Shown here one piece after another: positions 48,986 through 62,994 of a stretch of DNA of 64,000 nucleotides. Each line of letters starts with the position of its first letter. Positions within the stretch are counted from its first letter, which is position 1. This DNA comes from Phoronis australis. Lineage: Eukaryota > Animalia > Phoronida. The notes beneath the pieces are model-generated. The model did no database searches. It was not told where the DNA came from and saw only the letters and a program-made list of their open reading frames with translations. The position numbers and the translations under genes are program-made. Where the stretch lies: NCBI GenBank assembly GCA_002633005.1, contig NMRA01000772.1, forward strand, positions 92,035-156,034, in the 5' to 3' direction.

Positions 48986-51900
48986 TTAAATCTTAACTGT
49001 CAAATTTGCTTTACCTGTCTTGATTTGGTAGATTTATATGTTTTTTATTTTCACTCATGTGTGACAGAAAATAGCTCTAGAATTGTACAATGACACTTTG
49101 CTTTCCGCAATTTCCAACTGCTGCTTGCTGGTTTATGAGCCTTTAGTAATTGCCCATCAACGATTTGTACTCAAGCGAGAACTAATGAGAAACAGCATAC
49201 CATATAATGCGGGACCAGTGTAGACTGCGGACAGTAGTTAGCCAAGCTAAAACGATATCATCAGCAACTTGCTGCGACGATGTTGCCTACAACCGGGTGG
49301 TTTCTTTGAAGATTGCCGGCGGATTTCAAAGCCGTTGAACCAGACAAGTTGCCAATCTTGACCGACGTGGGTGTCAACGTACGTTTCGGCATGACGTTTG
49401 ATTTACGACAGTGAGTGTGAGTGGAACGTGTTGCATTTTTCTCACTTAATCACTAAAAGTAATTATGAATTACATTACTTCGACCACAACGGTATGTTTT
49501 TGGTCGAAATCGACTTGCATTTATCAAAGATACGCCTACATATCCAAAGTTCCATTGAAAAAACTGCCAGCACAGATGGTGTTATCACTCTGGGTCGAGT
49601 TACCAGTTGTGTAAACAAACTGGGGACTAGTATCCTAATTGACCCACCCTTGTGAAGTGAGTTCAGAGCTTGAGTGAAATGCCAAATAAACTCATAATTC
49701 AATAAAAGTTTTTATAGTTTTTTTATTCAGACATGTAGCCATTAAACACCATGCGAATATGTCAAATTTGAAAACCCACCCAATGGATGCAGTAGTCACC
49801 TGCTCAAACCCTCAATATTGGTTGGGGGCTTCACACGCTATCCGTGACCTCAGACTTAGTGTCACGGTGAATATGGGAACCAGGTTACGATTGCAGACGC
49901 CCAGTTTTCTCTGATCTCGCGCATGTCTAAAAGCACATGGCTCAAGAACAAGAGCAAAGATCTGTAACCAGCGTGATTGATACGGCCTGAGGCGAATCAT
50001 TGGAGAACACAGTTGTTTCGCGCACACTTTGAGTTTGAACATTTCGCTGAATGGCCTTTGATCACAAATGCAGTCAAACATATGACAATTAAATGACACG
50101 TTATTTCCAAGATGGCAAGTCCCTAGCCAGTTTCACAACCGAGTTTTCTCCCGTGGTCGAAAGGCTACTTTGAATTACGCAACTTTTGTCCGGATCATGG
50201 TGTTGTGCCTAATTCAGTCACCATGGTAAATCATAGGCGGATTTAGGGGGGGGGGGGGCAGGGAGCCCGACTCCCNTGACCTGCTCCTTCAACATCAACA
50301 CAACTTGATTGTATATAATATATTGCTCCCTTATTGCAAACAGAGGTCTATCCTGGACGCAAAATATCGATAACCAACATTAACCGACAAGTGTGCCGAA
50401 TTCTGAAATCAGTGACGTATCTCGAGGCCAATGCCCCATATTTATATCGACTGGTGAGACAGAAAGATATGTAACACGGATCGTTGGGCAATTGACCTAT
50501 CGCCAGGATTTTGAGTGACGGCTTAACTGACATTTTAAGACTCATCATTCTTGACACACCTTCGTTTCCAAGTGGCCATTTTACCCAGCAAACAACACTT
50601 TGCCGGGCAAAACTTATTGTTTGTTAGCTGACATTACGCAAGGGGGCGGAGCTTGCGATAGGTCAACTTAAGAAATACCAGTGCCGTTGCTCAAGAAGTT
50701 TTGCCAAACAATTCACCGAAAAGGTGGCAGAAGAATTTGACCGTTTAAAATAAAGCAGTTACAGTGCGGGTAAAACTATCTGTCGCAAGTTATATATAAC
50801 AATACATGCAAAATTCACTAGGCAAATAAGCTATTTGCATTGCACGTAATTGTGCGCGTTATAAGGAATTTAAATTGTTCATTACACAAGTCCACTACGT
50901 CACATTCTACACTAATCTTTAACGCACTTCACAAATGCAAGCAAGTTTTCGTAGGGCCTTATCAAAAGAAATCTGTTCATTAAGCCAGATTTCTAGATTT
51001 CATTCAGTAAAACCATAAATTTTCTAAGAGTAGAAAGCCTCAAATTATCCCTCAGAGGTGTTTCAGATTTGCACACACAGATTTGGTCAAAATTATTGAC
51101 TATCCGACTAGCTCGTCATACGCAACATCATTATCTGTTGCCTGTGTCGAAGCAAACTATTAGCTCACGTTCAAGCCTTTTTCACTGGAGATGTCCCGGC
51201 ACTTTCGATGTCATTCTCCATTTTGCCAGTCACACGACTTTCTGTTTCAGTTAAAGTTCGCACAAGTGCAGACTCGAAACACCTCTTAGGGATAATTTGA
51301 GGTTACCAAAACACCGGCGAGGTGTTCCAGATGCAACATAAGCAGCCTCTTGTGATATTGTGGCACTCGACACAAACAGTCGCAGGTGCGACAAATTGTG
51401 CGTAGTGCGACTATAGCAGACAGCGTGGACACGAATATTGTCGCACGGGGAGACAATTTGTCTCAGTTCGACAATATGTGTTGTGATTGCACTCTCTGTC
51501 ACGTTGCCTAAAAGCATTTTACCGTTGGTGACGTCCATGGACAGGGCTGCCAATCTTATTCCATCAAAGTTCGCACGGCCGGCATTAACATCTCGAGGCT
51601 CTCTTTCCAATTAAAAGCAATTATTTTCTTACACTCAATGTGTAGTTCTTTTCTCGTCAGCCACAGTTCAGTTCTCATTCATTTCTTTTTTTCATTAAGG
51701 TTAGGTAAGTACTTATTGCAAAGTCAGTATAACAAGCCTAATGTCAACAAAACTAATAGATTTAACTCAGTAAAAGTACGTATTTCTGAAAAAAGAAAAT
51801 CGGACACATATTTAGTTACTTGTGTAGTTAGTTATTCGTTAGTTACATAACATATCTGTGAGTATTCATTTACAATTGCAGAACAAACACTTATACAGGA

Positions 51901-52235
51901 AATGCCATTTATTTCCAGAAAGCACCTTTATATACTACGCCCGTAATTAGGAAGCGTATTTTCGGAAATGACGTGTCATTGAAAAGGTGCCACACACTAA
52001 TACGTTTAGTTACCAACAAATTCAACATCTCGCTAAATTGTAGTTATTTGATTGAAATCGCAAACAATTATCGAAAAAACGTCCGTGGGCTTACTTTTGG
52101 AAAATTTTCCAAAAATACAGGCATGCATGTTTGGGTGGCCAAGTTTTCGGAAATTTCCAGTTGAGTTCAGTGATTAGAGCATTATTGCATTGTAGGAAGA
52201 GACCGTATTCGTCTTTACTGTTGCATACGTTTTTA

Positions 52236-52848
52236 TCGTTGGCCAAATGAGTGAGCGTTACGGACCTAAATTACGTGTGTAAATTAGTTCTTGTTGGTGG
52301 CGTAAATTAATTATTTACAGCTTAAAGTAATTATTAAAGGCGAATAGTAACTTTTAATTGCATAAACTAAAGTTAAGATACCCACGTTATTTACGTGCGT
52401 AACTTTCACCCATTTGGCCAACGATAAATTTACACTACAAATAATTAATTCATGCCGTTTAAAGTTAACTATTGACGGCGTAATTTAATTTTTAACATCG
52501 TGAAGTAATTATTTACGGCATAAATTAATTTAAGCATTTAGCAATGAATTTACGGCAGTAACAATATTTAACTTACGCACATAATTCACGTGCGCATTTG
52601 AATGGCCATTGGGGGAAAGTGTCGCCGTAAAATTTCGCTGAAAATAATTACTTTATTAAATTACGAAGCAAATAATTACTTTACGGCGCAAACAATTACT
52701 TTACGCCATAAATAATTACTTTAGGACACATATAGTTACGCCACAAATAATTAATTTACGCCACCAATAAGATTTAATTTACGCACGTAAGTTTACAGCG
52801 ACACTTTCCACCATAAGAGTAACGTTCAGCTCTTTAGCCAACGATACG
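52236..52848. repeat. AT-rich foldback element with multiple AATAATTACTTTACG-type subterminal repeats
   Basis: TTGGTGGCGTAAATTAATTATTT (about 52294) is inverted at about 52745; ATCGTTGGC / GCCAACGAT ends. Confidence 0.6.
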
Positions 52849-53262
52849 TTCTGCTGTACTTCTCTCATAACTCCGCAAGAAGTTGCTATGTATTTAGAGA
52901 AGATTAATAAATCCAGCCTAGTCCCCTAGCCTCAAGATGGCGCTGATCGGCTTGGTTATGGGAAATGAAATGTGACAGTGCAATGAAATGTGCAGTATAT
53001 TATAAACATGAAACCTAATAGAATATTGCGGCAATTTAGGTCTAAATCATTGCAAAAATGGTGTATTTTTATTGAAAACTGATTCATTTATTTCTATGAT
53101 ACTATTAATAAAGCAGAATTGCGAATTTTAAGTACGCCAACAACCTCCATTTCAAGCAATAACCAGAACAATGCCTTCTGCTTCATGAATAGCAGCAGCA
53201 ACGCCTGCCTTTGTTTTAATGACCTCAAGGCAGCGGCCAATCATTGCGCCAATTCCCATACG

Positions 53263-53853
53263 ACCCTCGCTGGTTCTTTGCGAGTCCACTAGAGGGTAGA
53301 TAACACGCAGGTATCATCCCTCGCTGGTCCCCTACGTGCCTATAGCCAGCACGCAGGTATCACGCAGTGGCAAGCGCTTTAGCATTGGTTGATGTAACCT
53401 CAGAAATCATTGGTTAGCTTGACAACACCGTGAAAAATGGCGGACTGTGAACGATTTTTAGCCTTGTCATGCAAGTGGCGTCGCAGCAACTATTTCGTTT
53501 CTGCAGTGATGTTTAATGGCCGCGTGCTTGAAGCACATACATGTACAATAAACAAATATCTGGCCGACTTAACCGGTATGTTATTCATACTGTATTAATA
53601 CAGGACAGTATCGTAAACAAAAGTCATCGACAGTAGAAAGTTGCATTCCGAAATGGCGCAACCACAATTTCTAGGATTCACATTTCCTGGACATAAATTT
53701 TAAGCACCGATTTGTCTTTAAAACAGACCTCTTTTACATGTACATTTCAGTCTATAAGTCAGGCCAGCATAGACTATAGATTATCTATGATGCCAGTTTG
53801 TTTGCGTAGAGCGTTGCCCGTGGTGAGAATTCGACTAGCCAATCAGAAACGCC
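53263..53853. mobile_element. Second, right-truncated copy of the 46415-47024 element
   Basis: Collinear similarity over about 500 bp (GCGCTTTAGCATTGG...AAAATGGCGGACTGTGAA...AGCCAATCAGAAACGCC). Confidence 0.82.
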
Positions 53854-53870
53854 AGTTGGATTTTGGCCCA

Positions 53871-54010
53871 ATATCCTATAGGAGTCCTATAGGATCTTAT
53901 AGGAAATCATACAGGATTCCTATAGAAAATCCTTTAGGAATCCTTTAGGATATCCTATAGGAAACCCTATAGAAATTCTCATAAGACTTTTAAAAAATCC
54001 ATTAGGATTT
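53871..54010. repeat. Tandem array of palindromic TCCTATAGGA-type 11-12-bp units
   Basis: Direct inspection. Confidence 0.85.
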
Positions 54011-54367
54011 CCCAACATCACATTTTCAATGCATACATAATACAATAACACAACAGTGTTTTCAACAAAAGAAACTCAACTGGAACACAGGTAACCTCAA
54101 AGTTCTTGTACAGCAGTCTACTCTGTTCTTAAACAAGATCTACAGCAGGATATCTATTATGTTACAAATGGTGCATTAAACTGGGGCTACAAAACACCTG
54201 TGTGTTCTTTTTTGCTTTTTCAAAACATGTTCACGTAACTTAATATTTAAATGCTGAATGCTAAAGGCTTTTATATGTTGTTCTCTGATAGTCAAAGCTG
54301 TAAGCATGTGTCGAGTATTTTAATTGCTCTAAAGCTAACTGTTCATCCAATCGCCTTTCCGTGACAC

Positions 54368-54603
54368 CAGAGGCGGATCTACAGGGGGGTTCAGGGGGTT
54401 CAAACCCCCCCCTCGGGACAGGATCAAAAATAAAAACTGGAAAAAAATCGCCAGAAAAACGAAATTAGCTACTAAAAATCCCCAAAAAATCTTACACGGG
54501 AGGAGGGAAACCCTCTCGAGACCTTCCTTCTCCTCGGCGCTACGCGCCTCGGATTCTCTCGAATCCTAACCCCCCCCTTAATGAAATCGTAGATCTGCCA
54601 CTG
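54368..54603. mobile_element. CAG...CTG MITE with 15-bp TIR and 5-bp TSD (GACAC)
   Basis: CAGAGGCGGATCTAC / GTAGATCTGCCACTG; GACAC flanks both sides. Confidence 0.8.
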
Positions 54604-55527
54604 GACACCTGCTGTCCAGTTGAGAAACTGTCCATTTTAGCCAATCAGCCATACACATAATCAAAACGTTTCATTAGAAGTTTAGACACAGCATTATAAT
54701 GGGGCTATTCGGAGAATTCTCCTTGCGGTGTCGCTGCTATACTAGTAGTGATTGAATTGCGCATGCGTCGCTGTCTGCATGTAAACAGCTGGTAAAAAGA
54801 CGGCAATGTTATCCAAATGCGTCGCCGCGCTAAGCCATATTATTGCTATTTTCCCGGGTGCAAGTCTTCGACAGGTGATCACAAATTCCCAAAAGACCTA
54901 AGGTTACTACATTCGTAGAGAATTGCGGTCAAAAGGGTCAACCAATTGACAAAAAGTGTGTGGATGCCGAAGCCCCGTGTGTGCTCTTTGCATTTCCGAT
55001 GGGAGACTACGTTACTTGGTAAGTTTTCAGCAACCAATTTCTATCGACATCGTTCGGTGATGATATCCCCACCAGTTACCTCACTGAATAGTTTATTGAG
55101 TGGAACTAAGTGTTTCTTTTCGGAAACTCTCCCGGGACTCGGATGCCGGGTAGGCTAGGCGCACATATTCACATATTTTCCTGGGTGGGAATGCGCCCAA
55201 CATAACAGGTGTATGGTACGGGACGCTCAGAAGTCAAGAGTGTGTTTTTCACAGCAGCTTCTCTTCAAAGCTATGCTACGTCCAAGAAAATTCTCAAGAT
55301 GAGTGAATTTCCTTATTTTATAGCAGCTCCACCAACAGGACTACCAGATTAGTTGCCGAATTAACATGAATAAGCTGTTCAATAAATGTTGTAACATTGC
55401 ACTGGAATAAAAATTGACACCTAGAATGAATTTTATAATCGACATATATATGTTGCGAATGATATATGGTAGTTCGTGCATCGCAAGCTTGTTACAAGAG
55501 ATGAAACCAAGACCTGGGTAGACGATA

Positions 55528-55657
55528 TAAGGTCATTTATTGTGACTAATACAATTACAAGTAAGGTCATTTATATGACAAATACAATTATAAGTAAGGT
55601 AGTTATATGACTAATACAATTACCAGTAATAGTTAGTGACTAAACATAAGTAAGGTA
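55528..55657. repeat. About 32-bp minisatellite (TAAGGTCATTTAT..GACTAATACAATTA..AG), 3-4 copies
   Basis: Direct inspection. Confidence 0.75.
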
Positions 55658-58600
55658 AAAAATACAAATCTCTGGTAAGATGGGCAAATGAAAAGCGCCG
55701 GCCACATGGAGGTACGAGGGAATGCCGGCACTGACAACATGGCGGCTTTTGCTGAACTGAAAGGCATGTTCAATCGGCTACTTTGTAATTTGTGAAGATT
55801 TAACGTTGATACATTTTGACAAACGTTGCTACAAAAAAGAAACTTTGTTCAATTTTCGTGTTTTTTTGTGCAAAAATATAAGATATATTCGAATTATTTT
55901 ACTGTAAATTTCCCATTCAGGTGACCTTACACTAAGCTAAAAAAATAGTTGAAATGATTTTGAAATTGTTTTTTGTTTGAATGTCAACTGCTGTTCTAGA
56001 CTTGATTCGGTGTCACAAAATGATTCATATTTTTCTAAATTTTAAGTCTCAATTGCTTTCAAGTCTTGTTTTGTAACTTATTGCTTCTTAATTCAGGTTA
56101 TCAAGTCAACAATATGAATAATCTTAATTTGAGAAATAAGCTATATTGGACTGCGAAGCTTCAAGCCTCTAATTCTTGTTTCTTGCAACTTCATATTTGT
56201 TTAAATGATGCTTGTCAAATTCTGGTGTAAGGAAACACTATTCCGTCACCATGGTAATAGTTACATGTATGTCCACTTTCATATCATGGAAACTGTTGCT
56301 GTTGAATAGTGTTTGTAATGCTAAAGTATTGTGCATTTTAAGTTACTTATTATGTTAAAAGTTTGAATCATTTTGGGTTAATGAATAAAAAATGATAACA
56401 TGTTGTATTGGACTTGTCATACTTATGTGCTCGAACGAGCCCCCTTTTTGGAGAACTGGAAAAAGGTCTGCCTCGGTCACAGAAGCACGAATTCCGAAAA
56501 AAGTAGAAAATGAGACAATGTTCCACTAGAAGACAGGAAGTACCAAAATTTAGAGTCTGCAATTCATAGCTCTGAACATACCCACTGAATCTTATAGTAA
56601 AAGATAGGCATTCCCAAAAATTCCTGCCCCCCATTCTTTTAGGCTTGGTGCGCTCATACAAAGTCTGGGAAAATCTCTATTGAAAGCCAACAACTTTGCA
56701 CAGTTCGCCAGAAGTACCCAAGTTCTAAATAAACCTCGTTTGAGCAAGCGCTGTGGCCAGCGACCAGTTAGGCCTAAGGGTAGCCTTGGCGCAAAGCTGT
56801 ATAGGGCCTACTAACAAGCTGTATTTTGACGATAGTCTTCACTGGTAGCTGGTGACTGAGGCTAACTAAGGTCTGCCGCGGCAGTGTGACACAGGACTAA
56901 CCAGCCCGTAATTTCATGCAAGTGTCTGAAACTACCCTTGAATATATGCAGCATTTATGATTTGACCATTTTACTTCGACAAAACAGCTTGCAACCGCGT
57001 GCATTTACCGTTCGCCAGTGTCTGGTCTCGATCCGCAACGGGTCCGATAGGCTGCGGTCCCGAGTCTGGCAAAATAATTTGTCAAAATTTAAATTCGCCA
57101 CATTTCTTCAGAAAATTCGATAAAATTGTCCGTAGTTTGATTTGATTAAAATAAAGGCGCGCTGTCGATTATTTTATCCCCGTTTGCTGGCTGGTAACAG
57201 TAGCACTGACGGCGTTTTCTCGGCCTGGGTTCCTGAATGAATTGTACTTCCGGGTTCGCGGCAAGTTCAAAATGGCGGTGGTTCTTTGGGTGCGAGGATC
57301 GTGAGTAGCGCGTTCATTTAAACTTTTTCCGAGTACGGATCGTGTATTAGTTATGGGGTAGGTACTTCTTAGATCCTTGTAACATCCTCTAACCATGTAA
57401 TGAGGGTTAACAACGCGTGAGAGAAGGACTTTAACAATGTTGTTTCTTTCTATGCCATTATGTGGTTGTTCAGTTTGCCATTTTGTTTTTAAATACGATT
57501 CTTGTGCATAGAAGATTCTTATCCAGCTACCTACAATTGAAATCATACTTTTTTACATGTGGAACTTTTGTTTATAAGCAAGTTAACACACAACTTAAAA
57601 TTGTTCAAAGGCCTTCTTAAGAAAGCTCATGCAAACAAAGGGAATACTTCATTTTGATCGCTGCACATTTCTATAGATCAACATGAAAATGACAATTCTT
57701 AAGCGCATTCGATAATCATTTCAGCTTTATAAAGAATTGACTTTTACATTGTGCCATGCAGCACTGCTGGTGTGTGGAAATAGAACGGAGTAACAAAGCT
57801 ATGTTGCGGCTTGAAGTGGCCTTAAAATGTCTCTGAACCTGGAACAAATATTGAAATGGGAATAAATAAGTACTCCAGGTTGGGTCAAAAATGCTACTCC
57901 TGTTTTTCAAAAATATGATAGGTGACTATTCTACAATTTCACACAAAGTTAAATAATTACTATTTTCAGAAAGCGAGGGTGTATGTAATAAGTATTACAT
58001 ATAACTTCGACTTTATTTTTCATTCGTAGCTATAACAATTCTTTGAACGAATCACTTGTCTGCAAAATATGCAAGTTTTTTTGAGACAATTTCAAACCTT
58101 TGTAACCCATTTTCAAGCCTTTTTTATTTTCAATTGTTTCAGCATTTTTAAATTCCGATTATAGAGCCATGGGTCTGTCCAGATACTTCTAGTCTAGGGC
58201 TGTGGGAACCGTATCTTTTACTTTTTATTTTCATAGAAGATATGAAGACTTGAGTCATTTATGTTGTTTAAGAGTAATTACAAGTCGTAAGGCACCATCA
58301 AGTGCAATTTTCACAAAAATGTCTGTCATTTGAATTTATAAACGACTTGCAACATTTCAGGGCATGAGTTAAGACTATTCAGTCACTGAGAATTCAGAAA
58401 ATGTAATATATTTTTATAGGTTTACAATCGATAGCAAAACAGTTTCATGAAATAAACTTGAAGAAACTTCATGAAGGTTAAGAATTACCTCAACATGATC
58501 TTTTCCCCAAACTTGTATTACCTGTTATTCCCACACATTCAGTTACACCAAATATTACAACCCTAACCCCCTATGCCAATCCCCCGCTAAGGACCTGAAA

Positions 58601-58843
58601 AAGTAAATTAACGAAATGGCTTACATACCCTTCTTTCAAAATAGATGTTCCTTTTCAAAGGCTTTGTTCGTTGTCTCCAATATAGAAAGTAGGCTTTGAC
58701 AACAGATCTGCACTGGATGGGAAGATCTTGCTAGTTAGCTGCAGTCAAATGCTTAAAACCAATTTTTGTCCATTCAGGGACGGTGCAGAAGCGATGCATA
58801 TCTCCTCTGCACTTATGAATACTAAAAAATGGAACTCTGGAAA

Positions 58844-61800
58844 CTAATTATGCAAATTAGGTGCCGTCATTACCATACAATGTAATTTGCGTCTTAGGTT
58901 TGTGTTCCTGCAGGCTAACTTGAAAAATGAGGTGTTTATACCTATGTTTTCATGGTCAACAAACATGCTAAAGACATTTTTGGAGCAATTCATTCCATAT
59001 TTATTGGGTTATAGATGTATACTTACAGAATGTGTAAAAAATAGTCTTTAATCTGCAATGCTCGTCAAGCAATGTGTCACTATTTTGATGGAATATAGGA
59101 CAAATGTTCACACTATCCCCGTTATCTTCCATTCATAAAAATCAAAAAAGTTATTGAAGACATTAAATTCTCAGGCCTGCTGAACACAGTTTTAGCATTT
59201 ACTTTTCGGTACTTTTTAACAAGCCTAAAGCCAGGCAAATCAAACTGTTTGCATACAAGGAATCTGACCATGAATGTGCTGCTGGCATGAGCATAATGAT
59301 ATGCATTGAAATCCATATTTCTTGCAGTTGCATGTCTGCTGTTGCGTTGTTTCTGGCATGCACACAATACCATCTCTAGGCAGCTGTCTGGGATAGAACT
59401 CTGTGTCATCAGTATGGGCTGCAAGCACAAGTTTGTGTGTCCCTCCCATATCAGAGGGTGCTGGGAGCTCAGGTATGGAACAGTGATCATTTCGCCATAC
59501 CTTGACCTGATAGTGCACTCTCATCAGATGGAAACGGCCGGCATTATGCGTTGGGGGAAGGACTTCTGGGTTCACGGGCTTGGAGAATAGTAAATGGCGT
59601 GCTACATCTACAGGACTGTTCTGGTCGTGTTGTACATGTATACAAATACTTCTGAAGCCATCGTAATTTGCTCAGTGAGTTCACCAATGCAGGGGTTCTT
59701 AAGCAATCTGTGATGCTCTAGGAACATCTTCCATGATTTTTCATGTGATTGGCAAAGTACGAGCTGGTGCCAAACCCGGTCACGGCATGAAAAACAAACA
59801 AGGATGTTGCTGAGTCTCTTAGTAGTTTGTTGAAAAGTGCTTCAATAGGTATATATCGTCATTTCTTTGATGTGCCTGACATCATACAGATATGCTGTCT
59901 TTGCATTTGTTGGAATTGCGATACCAGAAGCAGTAGAACATCGGGTGTCCCTGGAAAACACGACTGACTGTGGACAGCATGCAGTACCAATCTTGCATCT
60001 GCTTCTTCATGTGTAGATTGCAGAGTCCTCAAATCAGTCATAACCTTAGATGATTTAATTTACTTCCAGCTCATCTTTGAACCCTCCTGCAACCATTAAC
60101 TCTTTATCTTCAGGCGTCTACAAACACAGTTCCTCTGACAAGAAATGTGCTAGGTCTGCTTTATTCTCAGCCAGTGCCTGAAAATGTGACCAGTTTTGAG
60201 GAAGAGGTACACCACGGCCTTCCAAAAATCACCTGATTTGCTGTTTTCCTTTACTACACTGTTTTTCTGTTGTGTACTTCATAGTTTCTTGTCTGTATCT
60301 GTCAAATACAATGTCAATTTTATGATATCGAAATCCTGTGTTTAGCACTGTTTTCATGAATGAATCAGCCAGGTTCTCGAAGGTCACATCACCATCAAGC
60401 TTCCCAAGAGCTACCAGCAATGCTTCGCCATCAAAAATGAGGCAAGCGGGCGTGCCATGAAGTTGAATTGTTTTAGGACAGTCGATGTGTTAACTATTAA
60501 TACTTCGGCAAGTCAAGATTTATCTCCAGTGCGCAATATGCCACTCGTTTCTGTAAGAAAACATGGACGGGAAGAAGCTCGCGTTTGAGCACAGACGGCA
60601 AATCAACTGGCCAACCGCCTCATAAGCCGTAGCTAGGCAGCGAAGTATATCTCTCTCTACCTTATGAACTATTTTCTTGTCTTTGTCTTTGGTTTGTTTC
60701 ACCACATCATACAAGTTGGCAAATGTTGGGGCATTATTTTTGCGCATAGGCGTGTGAATTGACATGTCTGAATTATCGCATTGCTCAGTGATAATCGGTC
60801 TAGAACAAATTTCTTAATTTGTTCGTGTCCAAGTTCCTTGGCATGTAAAAGTGACTCTTGGATTAGTGCTGTTGCTAGGTCTGTTGTTGCAAGGCTTTGT
60901 GGCAGCTAAGGCCTTGCGGACGAGAAGACCTTCAATCCATGGAATGCATAAGGAAGGGAACTCTCGACAGTTGCCTCGTGGCTTCCTTATGAAACTATGT
61001 ACTCCCACAGCAGTAAGTTTGTTCAGCTATATAAGATTTCAGATTAAATGAGAGTGTCCACCTCCATAGAGCTGACGTGGTTTTGGTATTACCGACGATA
61101 CCACCTCCTTTTTGCCTGCCCCATTTACCCACTAGTCAGAATCTACCTGACAGAGCATATGAGGACATCATTTGACTACAAAATTTCCAGCTTGAAACTC
61201 TGATCAAACAGACTGAGGAAGCTGATGCATCTCGGCTAAAAAGACCGCATCCCACTCGGGCATAATTCGGTGGGGCAGCACGAGAGTAAATGAATAGAGA
61301 TGCAGTTCCAAAATACCATCCCGTTGAGAGAGTGTACTTTAACAATATTGGAACCATGTACATGTAACTCCACCAGATGCTGAAATTCAAATCATCTGAA
61401 CTACTGTTGACAAAATGCCCAGTAGTTTCTTGAACTTATCCTAATTGAGAAATGTTAAAAACTCCGGAATTTTCTGTGGATCATCATCTGCAGACATACT
61501 GGTAATACAAGCATGACAGTCGCTTCTGCAATAAACGAGAGAAGCCTTGGCACATGCAGGAGATGCCACAGAGCTTGCAAAGACAGTTTGTGTGCCCTCA
61601 TACTGTAGCTTTGCTGTACGACTTTCCACTGAGGACCAGTTCCATAGGTCTTGACCAAGTACTGCACTCTCTATACACACCTCAGCTATTCCGGAATCAC
61701 TCATGTGATCTTCTATGGCCTTGATAAAGTTCATTGATACGTGAAGAACCACTAAACGAGGTACTGTATTAACATAAATTGGTATTCTGGGACCGACCAC

Positions 61801-62502
61801 GTAAGCTCCACTAATCTGCAGCAGAGTGCTTGGTCGACTGTGAGGACGGTATGTTCCTGTCCAAAATGGGACGATATGGCTATGCATCTCTTTACAACAG
61901 TATTTAAAAGTCATGTTGTTATGTTTACAATACTTTTATGTCTTATCTAAAAAATTGAATGTTCGCAAAAATCATTGATAATTATGGTTTCTAATTTAGT
62001 TTTCAGACTTTATTAATGAGCATTTGTAACTTAGTGAAGATGAAATAAAAAGCTTCACATGTGTCAATGATTTTTCTAGACCTTCAAAACATAGGTATAG
62101 ACACCTTATTTGTCATGTTTGCCTGCAAATTTATGAAGTTACACCGAAATTTGAATTTTTTGGTAATGGCGGAAGCTAATTAGCATAATTGGGGAATTTA
62201 ATGACGTTCATTAATATGCTCTTAAATTTAAGTGATCTAAACACACTTATACTATGTTTTTGTAGCACAAATTTCCTAATTATTCGTCACATGTTGTACT
62301 CCTGGTCCCACGAATGTTTCTTATCTTGTTGGTTTGGCGGCCATTTTGTTTATGCAAATTAGATGGTCAAAAACTCAAAATCCAGCTTGAGAACAGGCAT
62401 AATCAAAATCAGCACACCATAATCATGCCAAAAAGATAGGTTTTCCACTTTTACTAAAAAATGCATTTAACATGCGCATTTTCCAGAAATGCGTCTAGAC
62501 TA
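58844..62502 (-). mobile_element. Decayed Academ (AcademX-like) DNA transposon; the left end may extend to 58190
   Basis: Minus-strand fragments in order: LHVSMNFIKAI..HMSDSG, F..W.SYM.MV.ILL...NYAR, IDIVFDRY, HEEADARLVLHA..DVLLLL and FHAVTG (XPG/FEN-like nuclease), LPPT..A..FH..RVHYQ..VW, and a terminal Cys cluster. Imperfect 120-bp inverted repeats at 58844-58962 and 62072-62192; right end ...CTAGACTA. Confidence 0.78.
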
Positions 62503-62990
62503 CAGGGCACTCACGTTTGTGTATCAAGACTGGAGTGCAAGCTACACTGAAGTTCTTGTTAAAGCAGATCTCTCGACCCTTGAACTGTCTATAGAAAGCG
62601 TGCAATCCTTCTAGAGGTGTACAGATCATATCATCACTTGTCACCCCCTTTCATGTGGGACCTCTTTGAGGAAAAAATGTCTCATTATAATCTTCGTAAT
62701 AAATTGTGCTACGTGTGAAACAATGTCGAACAGTGCGCCAAATGAAGGCTTTTAAAAACTCTTTGTCAGTGTACGGCGCTAAACTCAGTGGAACTCTCTT
62801 CCCAATGAGTCCATATGGATTATAAACTTTTTAAGAATTGGACAGAACCACCGTGCAGGTGCGGTGTATGCATATTTTAAATCTGGCGTGTAAGTGTGCG
62901 TGTGTGTATACCATTCTTTCATGATATCTCATCAATGTGTCATGTATTTGGTTTTTCATTATTATATTATTTATACGTTTTATGCATATA
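62503..62990 (+). mobile_element. CR1/L2-like LINE 3' fragment (decayed)
   Basis: RALTFVYQDWSASYTEVLVKADLSTL / RKRAILLEVYRSYHHLSPPFMWDLFEEK..HYNLRN, with frameshifts. Confidence 0.75.
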
Positions 62991-62994
62991 ACAT

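Noticed and set aside
49812-51610. Isolated minus-strand ORFs of 95, 69 and 119 aa
   Set aside because: No recognisable motif and no convincing splice-site pairs
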